From contig CAKZIH010000168.1 in assembly GCA_936931335.1 (NCBI GenBank), forward strand, positions 1 through 33,928: a stretch of DNA of 33,928 nt. The letters run 5' to 3'. Under the pieces are notes generated by a model that saw nothing but the letters and a program-made list of their open reading frames with translations, did not search any database and was not told the origin of the DNA. The position numbers and the translations under genes are program-made. Of the stretch, positions 9,191-18,546 are shown piece after piece; position 1 is the stretch's first letter, and every line of letters starts with the position of its first letter. The stretch is from an uncultured Nostocoides sp. (lineage in GTDB: Bacteria > Actinomycetota > Actinomycetes > Actinomycetales > Dermatophilaceae).

Positions 9191-9283
9191 GGATTTTCGG
9201 GGCACTGGCCGGGGCCGGGCGACGAGACGAGAGTGGAACTCGAGACCGGCACCGGGTCGGTCCACCAGGAAAGGGGTTCCACC

Positions 9284-9499
9284 ATGACGCACAAGCTCGC
9301 GGCCCGTTATACGGCCACCCGCGCCCGGCTCGGTGACGCGGCCCAGCGCAAGGCGGAGGAGGGCATGGCATCGGCGGAATGGGCGCTGGTCACGCTCTGC
9401 GTCTGTGCGTTCGCCGTCGTCGTGCTCGGCTCGTTGGGTACGTTCGCGAAGCCGCTCATCGAAGGCATCATCAGCAAGGCCCTCAGCGGCGGGAAGTGA
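9284..9499 (+). CDS. Flp-type major pilin (DUF4244 family)
   Basis: 71 aa with the prepilin site EEG|MASAEW followed by a hydrophobic helix. RBS GAAAGGGG. Confidence 0.85.
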   Translation: MTHKLAARYTATRARLGDAAQRKAEEGMASAEWALVTLCVCAFAVVVLGSLGTFAKPLIEGIISKALSGGK

Positions 9500-9501
9500 C
9501 G

Positions 9502-9903
9502 ATGGACCGGCTTTGTGTGCGCCCCCGGATCGGCGGGCGCGGCCGCCCTGGTGGCTCCCGCGAGGCCGGCATTGTCACGGCGGAGTTGACGTTGGGGATG
9601 ATCGCATTCGCATTCTTCTTCATCGTCTCGCTGACCGCGATCGGGACGGGCATCGATCACCTGCGATGCGCGGAGGCCAGCCGGGTCGGGGCCCGGCTGG
9701 CCGCCCGGTCGGAGTCAGCGGCCCAGGTGGTCGCCGGGGCCTTGACCACGGCGCCGAAGGGATCGACCGTGCGGCTATCGGCGAGCGGCTCCACCGTCCA
9801 AGTGACCGTCCGGGCGCCGGAGCGTGGCATCTTTGCCCAGCTCGGGTGGGATCTGGCCGCGGTGGGGACCTCCATCGCTCCGCGGGAGCACCGCGGTGGC
9901 TAA
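9502..9903 (+). CDS. TadE-like minor pilin
   Basis: REAG|IVTAEL + TM, then RCAEASRVGARLAAR. Confidence 0.85.
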   Translation: MDRLCVRPRIGGRGRPGGSREAGIVTAELTLGMIAFAFFFIVSLTAIGTGIDHLRCAEASRVGARLAARSESAAQVVAGALTTAPKGSTVRLSASGSTVQVTVRAPERGIFAQLGWDLAAVGTSIAPREHRGG

Positions 9904-10336
9904 GCAGCCGGCGATGGCCCGGCAGAGCCGGTCGGGGCCAGCGCTTCGCGAGGTGGCGAGGCAGCCGGCAGCAGCCCGGGAGAGCGGGTCGGGGACGGTG
10001 CTCACCCTGCTGCTCGTCGCTTGCCTGATCCTCTTGCTGCCGCTCGCCCTGACGGTGGTCACCGCAACTCAGGCGGCCCAGCGCGCGCGGGCCGCGGCCG
10101 ATCTCGGGGCGATCGCGGCCGCCTCCTCGTTCGCACGCGGTGTCGATGCCGCCACCGCGTGCGCGCGGGGAGCCGCGCTGGTCACGGCCAACCGCGCCGC
10201 CGCCGTCGGGTGCACCATTCGGGCCGATGGCCGCACCGAGCTGCGGGCCCGGGTCACGGTGCGGCTACCGGTTTTCGGGACCCGAGCGACCTCGGCATCG
10301 GCGGTGGCCGGGATCATCTTCGATGCGCATCGCTGA
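9896..10336 (+). CDS. TadE-like minor pilin (Rv3654c family); start uncertain
   Basis: RESG|SGTVL + TM, RARAAADLGAIAAA and a Cys pair (AC...GC). Confidence 0.8.
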   Translation: MAKQPAMARQSRSGPALREVARQPAAARESGSGTVLTLLLVACLILLLPLALTVVTATQAAQRARAAADLGAIAAASSFARGVDAATACARGAALVTANRAAAVGCTIRADGRTELRARVTVRLPVFGTRATSASAVAGIIFDAHR

Positions 10337-10566
10337 TCAGGGACGGGAACTGGCCCACCCACAACGGCGGCCGGTGTCCTTGCCGCACCTTGCCGGCTGC
10401 GTGTTGACCGGCGCGGCACACCGCAGGTTTGGTGGGGTGTCGGGGCCAGATAGGGAGTTCCCAGGAGGGTCTGCAGCGGGATGAGCGGTTAGCGTTGGGT
10501 GAACCCCCGCGCCGAGCGGCCGGGCCCGCCGGGCCTGGTCGCCCAACTCAAGGAGTCCCGGACCCC

Positions 10567-11019
10567 ATGATCGTGCTAGGCCTGCTCCTCATCCTGCTGA
10601 CGGCCGGTGCCGCCGTTTGGCTCTACCTCGCCCTGAGCGATCTGCCCAACGGCGGGCCGGTCAACGACCTGAGCGCCTTGGGCGTAACCGTCGGCCTCTC
10701 GCCGCTCGTGCTGCTGCTCACCGGCGTCGGTCTCACCCTGCTGCTGATGATTGGGCTCTCGCTCATTCGCGGCGGCATAGGGGCCAAGTCCCGCCAGCGC
10801 CGCGAGCGCAAGCAGCTCGAGCGGGACGCGGAGGAGAACCGTCGTGCCGCGGAAGCCGCCGCCCAGGAGCGCCTGCGTGCCGAGCGCGTGCACAACGACG
10901 AGGTCGCCGCGCGCGAGACCACTCGCCACAGCATCACCGAGCCGGTTCGCGACAGCAGCACCGGCTGGCGCACCGAGGACGGTGGGTCCACCGCCCCGCC
11001 GCCGCCGTCGCGCCGCTGA
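10567..11019 (+). CDS. Hypothetical 2-TM membrane protein with charged coiled-coil tail
   Basis: RBS AAGGAG, two hydrophobic helices, an R/E-rich tail and a downstream terminator. Confidence 0.75.
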   Translation: MIVLGLLLILLTAGAAVWLYLALSDLPNGGPVNDLSALGVTVGLSPLVLLLTGVGLTLLLMIGLSLIRGGIGAKSRQRRERKQLERDAEENRRAAEAAAQERLRAERVHNDEVAARETTRHSITEPVRDSSTGWRTEDGGSTAPPPPSRR

Positions 11020-11042
11020 CGTCCCGCGACCGGAACGTTACG

Positions 11043-11074
11043 AACCCCCGTTGCCCAGTGGGCAGCGGGGGTTT
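11043..11074. terminator. Bidirectional intrinsic terminator
   Basis: AACCCCCGTTGCCC-AGT-GGGCAGCGGGGGTTT between convergent genes. Confidence 0.8.
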
Positions 11075-11079
11075 GTGCG

Positions 11080-13452
11080 CTAGGCGCTCGCCCGAGTTGG
11101 TTCGCCTCGAACCGTGGCGGCGGGTGCCGGCACACCCAACAACTCAAGCACCAGCGTCAGCAGCCGCACTGCGCCGTCCTTGTCCAGCGGGTTGTTGCCA
11201 TTGCCACACTTCGGCGAGACCACGCACCAAGGGCAACCGGCCGGACACGGGCAGTCGCGTACCAGGTCGCGGGTCGCACCCAGCCAGTCGGCCAGCACGT
11301 CGTGACCGTGAGCGGCATAGCCCGCGCCGCCGGGGTAGCCGTCATACACCAGCACGGTCGGCAAGCCGGTCTGCGGATGCGCGGCGGTGGACACTCCGCC
11401 GATATCCCAGCGATCGCAACTGACGAAGAGCGGCAGCATGCCGATGGCCGCATGTTCGGCGGCATGCGCGGCACCGGGAATCCCCTCGGCCTCGATGCCC
11501 GCACGAGCGAGCACCTCCTGCGGCAGCGTCCACCACACACCTTCGGTCTCCAGCATCCGTTCCGGCAGGTCCAGGGCGTGCTGGCCGATCACCTCGCCCC
11601 CGGGTAGGCGGCGCAGGAACGAGCGCACCTGCGTCCGCACGGTCACCGGCCCGCGGTTGACCACGAGCGGCCCGAACGTCTGGGTGACCTGCGGTTCGGC
11701 GAGTTCGAACGCCGACTGACTCTGCGCCGTGGTCGACCACCCCGGGTCGCCCTTGACCACCGTGGCCGTGGCGGCTGCCAGGTCCAGGCCGGTGACCACA
11801 TACGTCGTGCCCTGGTGGACGTGCACCGCGCCCGGGTGCACCTGCACATGCGCGGCCGCCTCATCGACGGTCCCGATCACCCGCCCGCTCCCGGATTCCA
11901 CGATGGCGACCACCTCACCCGCGGTCCGCAGCGAACCCACCAGATCACCCGGGCGACGGTGTTCGGGCCAGTACCACCCCGTCGGGCGGCGCCGCAGCAG
12001 CCCTTCGGCCTCCAATTGCGCCAGCGCCTCGGCCAGCCCGGGGCCGAAATACGCCTCATCGGCAGCGGTCAGCGGCCTCTCGTAGGCCGCGGCCACCAGA
12101 TGCCGCGGCAGCAGCCGGGGGTTGCCCGGGTTGACCACGGTGTGCTCCACCGGCGTCCCAAAGATCGCCTCGGGATGGTTCATCACATAGGCATCCAGCG
12201 GATCGTCGGCGGCGACCAGCAGCGCCAACGCCGCCGAGCCACCCCGGCCCGCGCGGCCGGCCTGCTGCCATACGGACGCCAACCGGCCTGGCCAGCCGGC
12301 CATCACCACCGCATCCAAGCCGGAGATATCGATCCCCAACTCCAGCGCATTCGTCGCGGCCAACCCGCCCAGGGCACCGGTGCGCAGCTCCCGCTCCAGT
12401 TCACGACGCTCTTCGGGGAGGTAACCGCCGCGGTATGCCGCCACCCGCGCCCCACAGCCGCGCTGCTCCAGCATCCGCCCCGCAGCGGTGGCCACCGCTT
12501 CCACTCCGGCGCGCGAGCGAGCGAAGGCCAACGTCTGCACGCCCTCGCCGACCAGCCCCGCCAGCAGCCGAGCCGCCTCGGTGCCGGCCGCGGGCCGACG
12601 GGGCAGGCCATCGGAATCGGCATACTCCTGCGGCTCCCACAAGCCGAAGGTGAGCGGGCCGCGCGGGGCACCATCCGCGGTCACCGCGGAAACCGCCACC
12701 CCGGTCAGTTCGCTGGCGTGCTGCGCCGGATTGCCCACCGTCGCTGAGGCGAGCACGAAGGTCGGGGTGCTGCGATAGCGCTCGGCAACCCGCCGCAGCC
12801 GCCGCAGCACCAGCGCCACCCCGGAGCCGAAGATCCCCCGGTAGGCGTGGGCCTCATCGACCACGACGACCTGCAGCGCCCGCAGGAAGGACGCCCACTG
12901 GGCATGCCCGGGCAGCAGCGAGTGGTGCAGCAGATCGGGATTAGTGAGCACCACATTGGCGTGATCACGGATCCACCGGCGCTCATCCGGGCCGGTGTCC
13001 CCGTCATACGTCGCGCACCGGATCCCGGGCAGCCCCAAGGCCTCGATGTGCGCCGCCTGGTCGGCGGCCAGCGCCTTGGTCGGCGCGAGATAGAGCAGCG
13101 TGGCACCACGCCCATTCGGCGCCTGCGTGCCCTCGAGCACCGCGCTCAGCCCGGGCAGCAGGTACCCCAGGCTCTTGCCCGAGGCCGTCCCCGTCGCCAG
13201 CACGGTATGGCGCCCATCGCGCACCGCCTGAGCGGCCTGCGCCTGATGGGACCACAGCTGCTCGATCCCCTGGCCGACCAGCGCCGACGCTAGCCGCGGT
13301 TCGACCCAGTCCGGCATAGGCACCCGAGCCCCGGGCCGCGCTGGCACCTGTTCCACATGCCGCAGCGCCTCGATCTCGGACGCGCCGAGCAGGGACGCGA
13401 GGGTCGAGAACGTCCACTCGCGACCCTCGATTGCCGCCTGACCTGGGGGCAT
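11080..13452 (-). CDS. DEAH-box helicase with C-terminal DUF1998 (SftH/Hrq1-like); start uncertain (13452 or 13470)
   Basis: TGTASGKS, PTKALA, DEAH, SAT, QQAGRAGR and the Zn site CPCPAGCPWC...C. Confidence 0.92.
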   Translation of the reverse strand: MPPGQAAIEGREWTFSTLASLLGASEIEALRHVEQVPARPGARVPMPDWVEPRLASALVGQGIEQLWSHQAQAAQAVRDGRHTVLATGTASGKSLGYLLPGLSAVLEGTQAPNGRGATLLYLAPTKALAADQAAHIEALGLPGIRCATYDGDTGPDERRWIRDHANVVLTNPDLLHHSLLPGHAQWASFLRALQVVVVDEAHAYRGIFGSGVALVLRRLRRVAERYRSTPTFVLASATVGNPAQHASELTGVAVSAVTADGAPRGPLTFGLWEPQEYADSDGLPRRPAAGTEAARLLAGLVGEGVQTLAFARSRAGVEAVATAAGRMLEQRGCGARVAAYRGGYLPEERRELERELRTGALGGLAATNALELGIDISGLDAVVMAGWPGRLASVWQQAGRAGRGGSAALALLVAADDPLDAYVMNHPEAIFGTPVEHTVVNPGNPRLLPRHLVAAAYERPLTAADEAYFGPGLAEALAQLEAEGLLRRRPTGWYWPEHRRPGDLVGSLRTAGEVVAIVESGSGRVIGTVDEAAAHVQVHPGAVHVHQGTTYVVTGLDLAAATATVVKGDPGWSTTAQSQSAFELAEPQVTQTFGPLVVNRGPVTVRTQVRSFLRRLPGGEVIGQHALDLPERMLETEGVWWTLPQEVLARAGIEAEGIPGAAHAAEHAAIGMLPLFVSCDRWDIGGVSTAAHPQTGLPTVLVYDGYPGGAGYAAHGHDVLADWLGATRDLVRDCPCPAGCPWCVVSPKCGNGNNPLDKDGAVRLLTLVLELLGVPAPAATVRGEPTRASA

Positions 13453-13539
13453 GCATGGTGTGGATCGCATCCGTGGTCTACGGTATGCCCGGAGCGCGGC
13501 TACTCCCCCGCCGCCACGCTTGTCCGAAGGAGAACCTCG

Positions 13540-13899
13540 ATGCTCGCCGTTTCCACTGAGCGTCGCGATCACGTCGCTGTCGTTCACGCCAGCGGCGAGG
13601 TGGACGCGACGACCGCGCATACGCTGCGGTCGGCCCTGTCCAAGGCCATCTCCGAGGCGGGCGACAACCTCGTGGCCGATCTCACCGAGGTCACCTTCAT
13701 GGACTCCACCGGCTTGGGTGTGCTCGTCGGCCGGCTCAAGGAAGTCCGCACGCGCGGCGGCCAGTTGCACTGTGTGGTCACCACCGACCGGGTCCGGCGG
13801 GTCTTCATGGCTACCGGCCTGGACACCGTGCTGCAGTTGCACGACGACGTGGACAGCGCCGTCTCCGCGATCACCGCGACCAGCACCGCCCAAGCCTGA
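13540..13899 (+). CDS. STAS-domain anti-anti-sigma factor (BldG/RsbV-like)
   Basis: GEVDATTA and FMDSTGLGVLVG (phosphorylatable Ser); RBS AAGGAG. Position between the helicase and hppA matches the bldG locus. Confidence 0.9.
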   Translation: MLAVSTERRDHVAVVHASGEVDATTAHTLRSALSKAISEAGDNLVADLTEVTFMDSTGLGVLVGRLKEVRTRGGQLHCVVTTDRVRRVFMATGLDTVLQLHDDVDSAVSAITATSTAQA

Positions 13900-14053
13900 C
13901 GCGACACCCTCCTTGGCGCGCCCCCTACTGGACGGGTGCGGACTGCGGCGCGCAGGTATAGCCTGACGCGACGATCGCCTCGGTTGCCCCCTCGGCTACC
14001 TGGGCGATTGGCGCCTCACCGGCGTCCGACACTCACCATCAAGGAGGATGGCA

Positions 14054-16480
14054 GTGACCGGTCTATCCCTTCTGCCTGTCGCTGAGACGGCACTGGACCT
14101 GTCCGGGTCCAACCAGACCCTGACACTCGCGGTGGGGGTCATCGCGCTGACCGCCCTGGTGATGGGCTGGGTCTTCCGCTCCCAGGTGCTCGCCGCGGAC
14201 CCCGGCACCGACAATATGCAGACCATCGGTGCGGCGGTCGAGGAAGGCGCGCAGGCCTATCTGCGCCGCCAGTTCCGCACCCTGGGCATCTTCGTGGTCC
14301 TGGTCTTCGGGCTGCTGCTTCTGCTACCCGCCGACACCGCCGGCGTGCGCTGGGGACGCTCAGGATTCTTCATCCTCGGCGCGATCTTCTCCGCCGCCAT
14401 CGGCTATCTCGGGATGAGCCTCGCGGTGAAAGCCAATGTCCGGGTCGCCGAAGCGGCTCGGCGCGGCAGCCGCGACGAGGGGATGAAGGTCGCCTTCCGC
14501 ACCGGCGGCGTGGTCGGTATGGCGACCGTCGGCCTGGGTCTGCTCGGCGCCGCCAGCGTGGTCTTCCTCTATGAGGGCGACGCCCCCAAGGTCCTCGAAG
14601 GTTTTGGTTTCGGCGCCGCCCTGCTGGCGATGTTCATGCGTGTCGGCGGCGGCATCTTCACCAAGGCAGCGGACGTCGGCGCCGACCTGGTCGGCAAGGT
14701 GGAGGCCGGCATACCGGAGGACGACCCGCGCAATGCCGCCACCATCGCCGACAATGTCGGCGACAACGTCGGTGACTGCGCCGGTATGGCGGCCGACCTC
14801 TTCGAGTCGTATGCCGTGACCCTGGTCGCCGCGCTCATCCTCGGCTCGGTCGCCTTCGGCAGCTACGGCCTGGTCTTCCCGCTCATCGTGCCGGCCATCG
14901 GGGCCGTCACCGCGCTGCTCGGCGTCTTCATCACCAAGGCCCGGGCCGGGGAGAATGCGCTGCGCGCGATCAACCGCGGTTTCTATATCTCCGCCGCGGT
15001 GAGCGCCGTGCTGTCGGTGGTCGCGGCATACCTCTATCTGCCGGACACCTTCGCCGAACTCGGCTCCAGCGCCGAAGGCATCGCCGAGCTGGCCGGTGAC
15101 CCGCGGCGTACGGCCGTGCTCGCCGTGCTCATCGGCATCGTCCTGGCCGGGATCATCCTGTGGCTGACCGGGTATTTCACCGGCACCGAGACCCGGCCCA
15201 CCAATGACGTGGCCCGCACCTCGCTGACCGGGCCGGCGACCGTGGTCCTCTCGGGTATCGGGGTGGGGCTGGAGTCCGCGGTCTACACCACCGCGATCAT
15301 CGGCGGCGCCGTCTATCTCGCCTTCCTGCTCGGTGGCGGATCCACGGCGCTGGCGCTCTTCCTCATCGCCCTGGCCGGCTGCGGCCTGCTGACCACGGTC
15401 GGCGTCATCGTGGCCATGGACACCTTCGGCCCGGTCTCGGACAACGCCCAAGGCATTGCCGAGATGTCCGGCGATGTGGACGGCGAGGGCGCGCAGATCC
15501 TCACTGAACTGGACGCGGTCGGCAACACCACCAAGGCGATCACCAAGGGCATCGCCATCGCCACCGCGGTCCTCGCGGCGACGGCGCTCTTCGGCTCCTA
15601 TTCCGACGCCTGGCAGGGGCAGTTGCAGGCGATGCTTGCCGACGGCTCGCTGACGGACGAACCGAGCCAGCGCCTGCAGCAGATGTTCGACACTCAGATC
15701 GTCTCGCCCAACACCCTGGTGGGGCTGCTCATCGGGGCCGCGACCGTCTTCCTCTTTTCCGGTCTGGCCATCAACGCGGTCACCCGGGCGGCCGGCGCGA
15801 TCGTCTTCGAGGTCCGCCGCCAGTTCCGGGAGATCCCCGGGATCATGGAGGGCACTACCAAGCCCGAATACGGCCGGGTCGTCGACATCTGCACCCGCGA
15901 CTCGCTGCGCGAACTGGCCACCCCCGGCCTGCTCGCCGCGCTGATGCCGGTGGCCGTGGGATTCGGTCTGGGGATCGGCGCGCTCGCCGGCTTCCTCGCC
16001 GGGGCGATCGGCGCCGGCGCGCTGATGGCGGTCTTCCTCGCCAACGCCGGCGGGGCCTGGGATAACGCCAAGAAGATTGTCGAGGACGGCCGGTTCGGCG
16101 GCAAGGGAACCGACGCCCACGCGGCCACCGTCATCGGGGACACCGTCGGTGACCCTTTCAAGGACACCGCCGGCCCGGCGATCAACCCGTTGATCAAGGT
16201 GATGAACCTGGTCTCCGTCCTCATCGCCCCGGCGATCGTCAGCCTGACCCTCGGTGACTCCGCCAATAACGCTATCCGCTTCGGCATCGCCGGTCTGGCC
16301 CTGCTCGTGGTGATCGCCGCGGTCGCCATCTCCAAGCGGCGCGGCACCTCCATCGGCGGGGAGGAGACGCCCGCCGCCGGGGTGGCACCGGCGCCCGACC
16401 TGCCCACTGGCCGCACCGACGAACCGGCGCCGCAGGTCACCCATTCCGATGTGGTGCCCCCGAGTTATCCGGACCGCTGA
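14054..16480 (+). CDS. hppA: Membrane-bound pyrophosphatase proton pump, K+-insensitive type
   Basis: GGGIFTKAADVGADLVGKVE, DNVGDNVGD, GNTTKA (Lys = K+-independent) and GDTVGDPFKD. GTG 14054 is properly spaced from AAGGAGG. Confidence 0.95.
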   Translation: MTGLSLLPVAETALDLSGSNQTLTLAVGVIALTALVMGWVFRSQVLAADPGTDNMQTIGAAVEEGAQAYLRRQFRTLGIFVVLVFGLLLLLPADTAGVRWGRSGFFILGAIFSAAIGYLGMSLAVKANVRVAEAARRGSRDEGMKVAFRTGGVVGMATVGLGLLGAASVVFLYEGDAPKVLEGFGFGAALLAMFMRVGGGIFTKAADVGADLVGKVEAGIPEDDPRNAATIADNVGDNVGDCAGMAADLFESYAVTLVAALILGSVAFGSYGLVFPLIVPAIGAVTALLGVFITKARAGENALRAINRGFYISAAVSAVLSVVAAYLYLPDTFAELGSSAEGIAELAGDPRRTAVLAVLIGIVLAGIILWLTGYFTGTETRPTNDVARTSLTGPATVVLSGIGVGLESAVYTTAIIGGAVYLAFLLGGGSTALALFLIALAGCGLLTTVGVIVAMDTFGPVSDNAQGIAEMSGDVDGEGAQILTELDAVGNTTKAITKGIAIATAVLAATALFGSYSDAWQGQLQAMLADGSLTDEPSQRLQQMFDTQIVSPNTLVGLLIGAATVFLFSGLAINAVTRAAGAIVFEVRRQFREIPGIMEGTTKPEYGRVVDICTRDSLRELATPGLLAALMPVAVGFGLGIGALAGFLAGAIGAGALMAVFLANAGGAWDNAKKIVEDGRFGGKGTDAHAATVIGDTVGDPFKDTAGPAINPLIKVMNLVSVLIAPAIVSLTLGDSANNAIRFGIAGLALLVVIAAVAISKRRGTSIGGEETPAAGVAPAPDLPTGRTDEPAPQVTHSDVVPPSYPDR

Positions 16481-16514
16481 CCGGCGCGCAGGTCAGCATT
16501 CGATAACGAAACCG

Positions 16515-16560
16515 ATTGGTCCGGTGTGGGCCGCCCTCAGGCGGCCGACACCGGGCCAAT
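16515..16560 (+). terminator. Long hairpin after hppA, probable terminator
   Basis: ATTGGT CCGGTGT g GGCCGCC-ctca-GGCGGCC g ACACCGG GCCAAT. Confidence 0.6.
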
Positions 16561-16654
16561 TCTCGTGAGATATCCGGCCAACCGGATGGGTGCTTCATAC
16601 GTCATGAGGCATATCGGCTGCACCGGAGCAGCCACCGCGAGAAGGGGAAATCGC

Positions 16655-17656
16655 ATGGCACGCATCGTCGTTCTCAGCCGGGCCGGCCAGGACAGTCTGC
16701 CCGCCGCCGCCGTCAAGGCGTTGCAGGTGCAGCACGATGTGCGCTTCGTGCAATGCACCTTCGCCCCCGGTGCGGACGAGGCAGCCGAGCTGCTCGCCGA
16801 TGCCGACGTGCTCGCCTCGACCAATGTCACCCTTCCCGTGCTCGATGCGGCCTTGTTGGAGCGGCTGCCCCGGCTGCGGCAGGTGGTGCTCTACGCGACC
16901 GGCTACGAGCACTTGGACCTGAGCGCCCTGACCGCGGCCGGCGTCACCGTGACCACGCTGCCGGAGTATGCGACGAATGCCGTTGCCGAGCACGCCCTCG
17001 GCCTGATCTTCGCCTCGGCGACCCGGGTGCACCTGGCCAACGACAAGGCGCGCGGCCGCACGCCATACGAGGTTTCGCTGCGCGGGGTCGAGGTGACCAA
17101 GCGCACCCTGGCGATCGTGGGCACCGGACGCATCGGCCGTCGCCTGGCCGAGTTGGCCCGGGGCCTCGGTATGCGGGTCGTCGGCGTCGACATCGACCCC
17201 GCGGCGGCCGCTGCCGCTGCCGGCGAGGGCATCGTGATGATGAGCAAGGACGCGGCGTTGCGCGAGGCCGACCTGGTCGCCATCTGCGCCTCGACGATCG
17301 CCGGGACCTATCCGATCCTGGCCGCAGACGACCTGGCCGTGCTGCACCCGGATGTCTTCGTCGTCAACGTGGGCCGCCCGGTGCTGGTCGACCAGGACGA
17401 CGTACGCACCGCCCTGCTAGAGCGCGCGCTGCGCGGGTATGCCGTGGACGAGATCGCTTTCGACCCGTCGCAGCCACTGGACGCGCTGCTGCTGGAGGAA
17501 GGCCGGGTGCTGCAGACCGCGCACAGCGCCTGGTGGCGCGATGAGGTCCTGGCCCGCGGTGCGCAGATGTTCGCCACCGCGATCCAGTCCGCCGCGGACG
17601 GCGCGCCGATCGATGTGGTGGCTGCCCGGCACCCGAGTCTGGTTGCGGCATCGTGA
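16655..17656 (+). CDS. D-isomer-specific 2-hydroxyacid dehydrogenase family protein
   Basis: AVAEHA, GTGRIG (NAD binding), NVGR and TAHSAW. RBS GAAGGGG. Confidence 0.85.
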   Translation: MARIVVLSRAGQDSLPAAAVKALQVQHDVRFVQCTFAPGADEAAELLADADVLASTNVTLPVLDAALLERLPRLRQVVLYATGYEHLDLSALTAAGVTVTTLPEYATNAVAEHALGLIFASATRVHLANDKARGRTPYEVSLRGVEVTKRTLAIVGTGRIGRRLAELARGLGMRVVGVDIDPAAAAAAAGEGIVMMSKDAALREADLVAICASTIAGTYPILAADDLAVLHPDVFVVNVGRPVLVDQDDVRTALLERALRGYAVDEIAFDPSQPLDALLLEEGRVLQTAHSAWWRDEVLARGAQMFATAIQSAADGAPIDVVAARHPSLVAAS

Positions 17657-18546
17657 ATGCCATGCATCCCCTCATCGAGCGTGCCCGTACGCGTCTGCTG
17701 ATCGCGCTCGCCGCGGTGGTCGTGCTGGTGCCGGCTGCCCTGGCGGCCGCGCAATATCCGCGGTACTGGGAATGGATCGCCCCGGAACTGACCCCGATGA
17801 CCTGGGTGCAGACCGTGGTGCTGATGATCGCCGCCGCCGCGGCGGCCGCCTGCGCGGTGGCCGGTGCGGCGCGCGGTTGGGGTCGTAGCGAGCGGCTGCC
17901 CTATTGGGCGCTGACGTTCGGCTTCACCTATCTGGCCGTGGACGACCGCTTCGCCATCCACGAACGGATCCGCGACCGGATCCTCGCGCCGCGCAATGTC
18001 GGCATCCCGGGTCTGGACTTCTTGGCCCCGGGGGACATCCAGATGCTGCTGATGGGGGTTGCCGGCCTGATCGTGCTGCCCTTCGTGCTGCGGGCCTTGC
18101 GCCGCGACCGGCTGGCCTGCTGGCTCTTCGTCATCGGGGTTTTGGCCGCGGCTGGCAGCCTGGCGATGGATTCGGTGGACCCGGCGAGCATGCCGCTGGA
18201 TGTGGAACGCCTCTCCCAGACCCTGGAGGAGTGTGTGGAACTGCTCGCCGGCTGCTGCTTCCTCGGGGCGCTGGGCGTGCGCCTGCTCGGGCTGCTCAAT
18301 CCCGAGGCAAGCCCCGAGGCGAGGCCCGGGGCGACGGCGGCGCTCGCGCCGGAGGCGAGCACCCGGCATATCTCGGGCGCAACGGCGGTGCACCCTGCCG
18401 GAGCCGACCCGGACGCCGCACTCGGTGCGGACGTGCGCCCGACCGCCTGGCCGGACCTGGCCGGGCAGGCAGCGGACACCGGCCCCCTCCCGCAGCGCGG
18501 ACCCGAGGCACCCCCTACTGTCGAGCTTGATGTCGCTCGTCGTTGA
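17653..18546 (+). CDS. Multi-TM membrane protein of unknown function
   Basis: About 6 TMs with LAVDDRFAIHE and EECVELL; GTGA-coupled to the dehydrogenase. Its low-complexity tail overlaps the next gene. Confidence 0.7.
   Translation: MNAMHPLIERARTRLLIALAAVVVLVPAALAAAQYPRYWEWIAPELTPMTWVQTVVLMIAAAAAAACAVAGAARGWGRSERLPYWALTFGFTYLAVDDRFAIHERIRDRILAPRNVGIPGLDFLAPGDIQMLLMGVAGLIVLPFVLRALRRDRLACWLFVIGVLAAAGSLAMDSVDPASMPLDVERLSQTLEECVELLAGCCFLGALGVRLLGLLNPEASPEARPGATAALAPEASTRHISGATAVHPAGADPDAALGADVRPTAWPDLAGQAADTGPLPQRGPEAPPTVELDVARR

Noticed and set aside
7982..9283. 505-aa ORF ending in the pilin
   Set aside because: The upstream part is an off-frame overlap of tadB/C; the pilin has its own RBS before 9284.
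10345..10462. Possible long hairpin after the tad operon (GGGAACT...AGTTCCC, CTGGCCC...GGGCCAG)
   Set aside because: The pairings are short, partly mutually exclusive and expected by chance at this GC content.
13471..13893. Apparent N-terminal extension of the helicase ORF
   Set aside because: It is the antisense reading of the STAS gene; helicase similarity begins further downstream.
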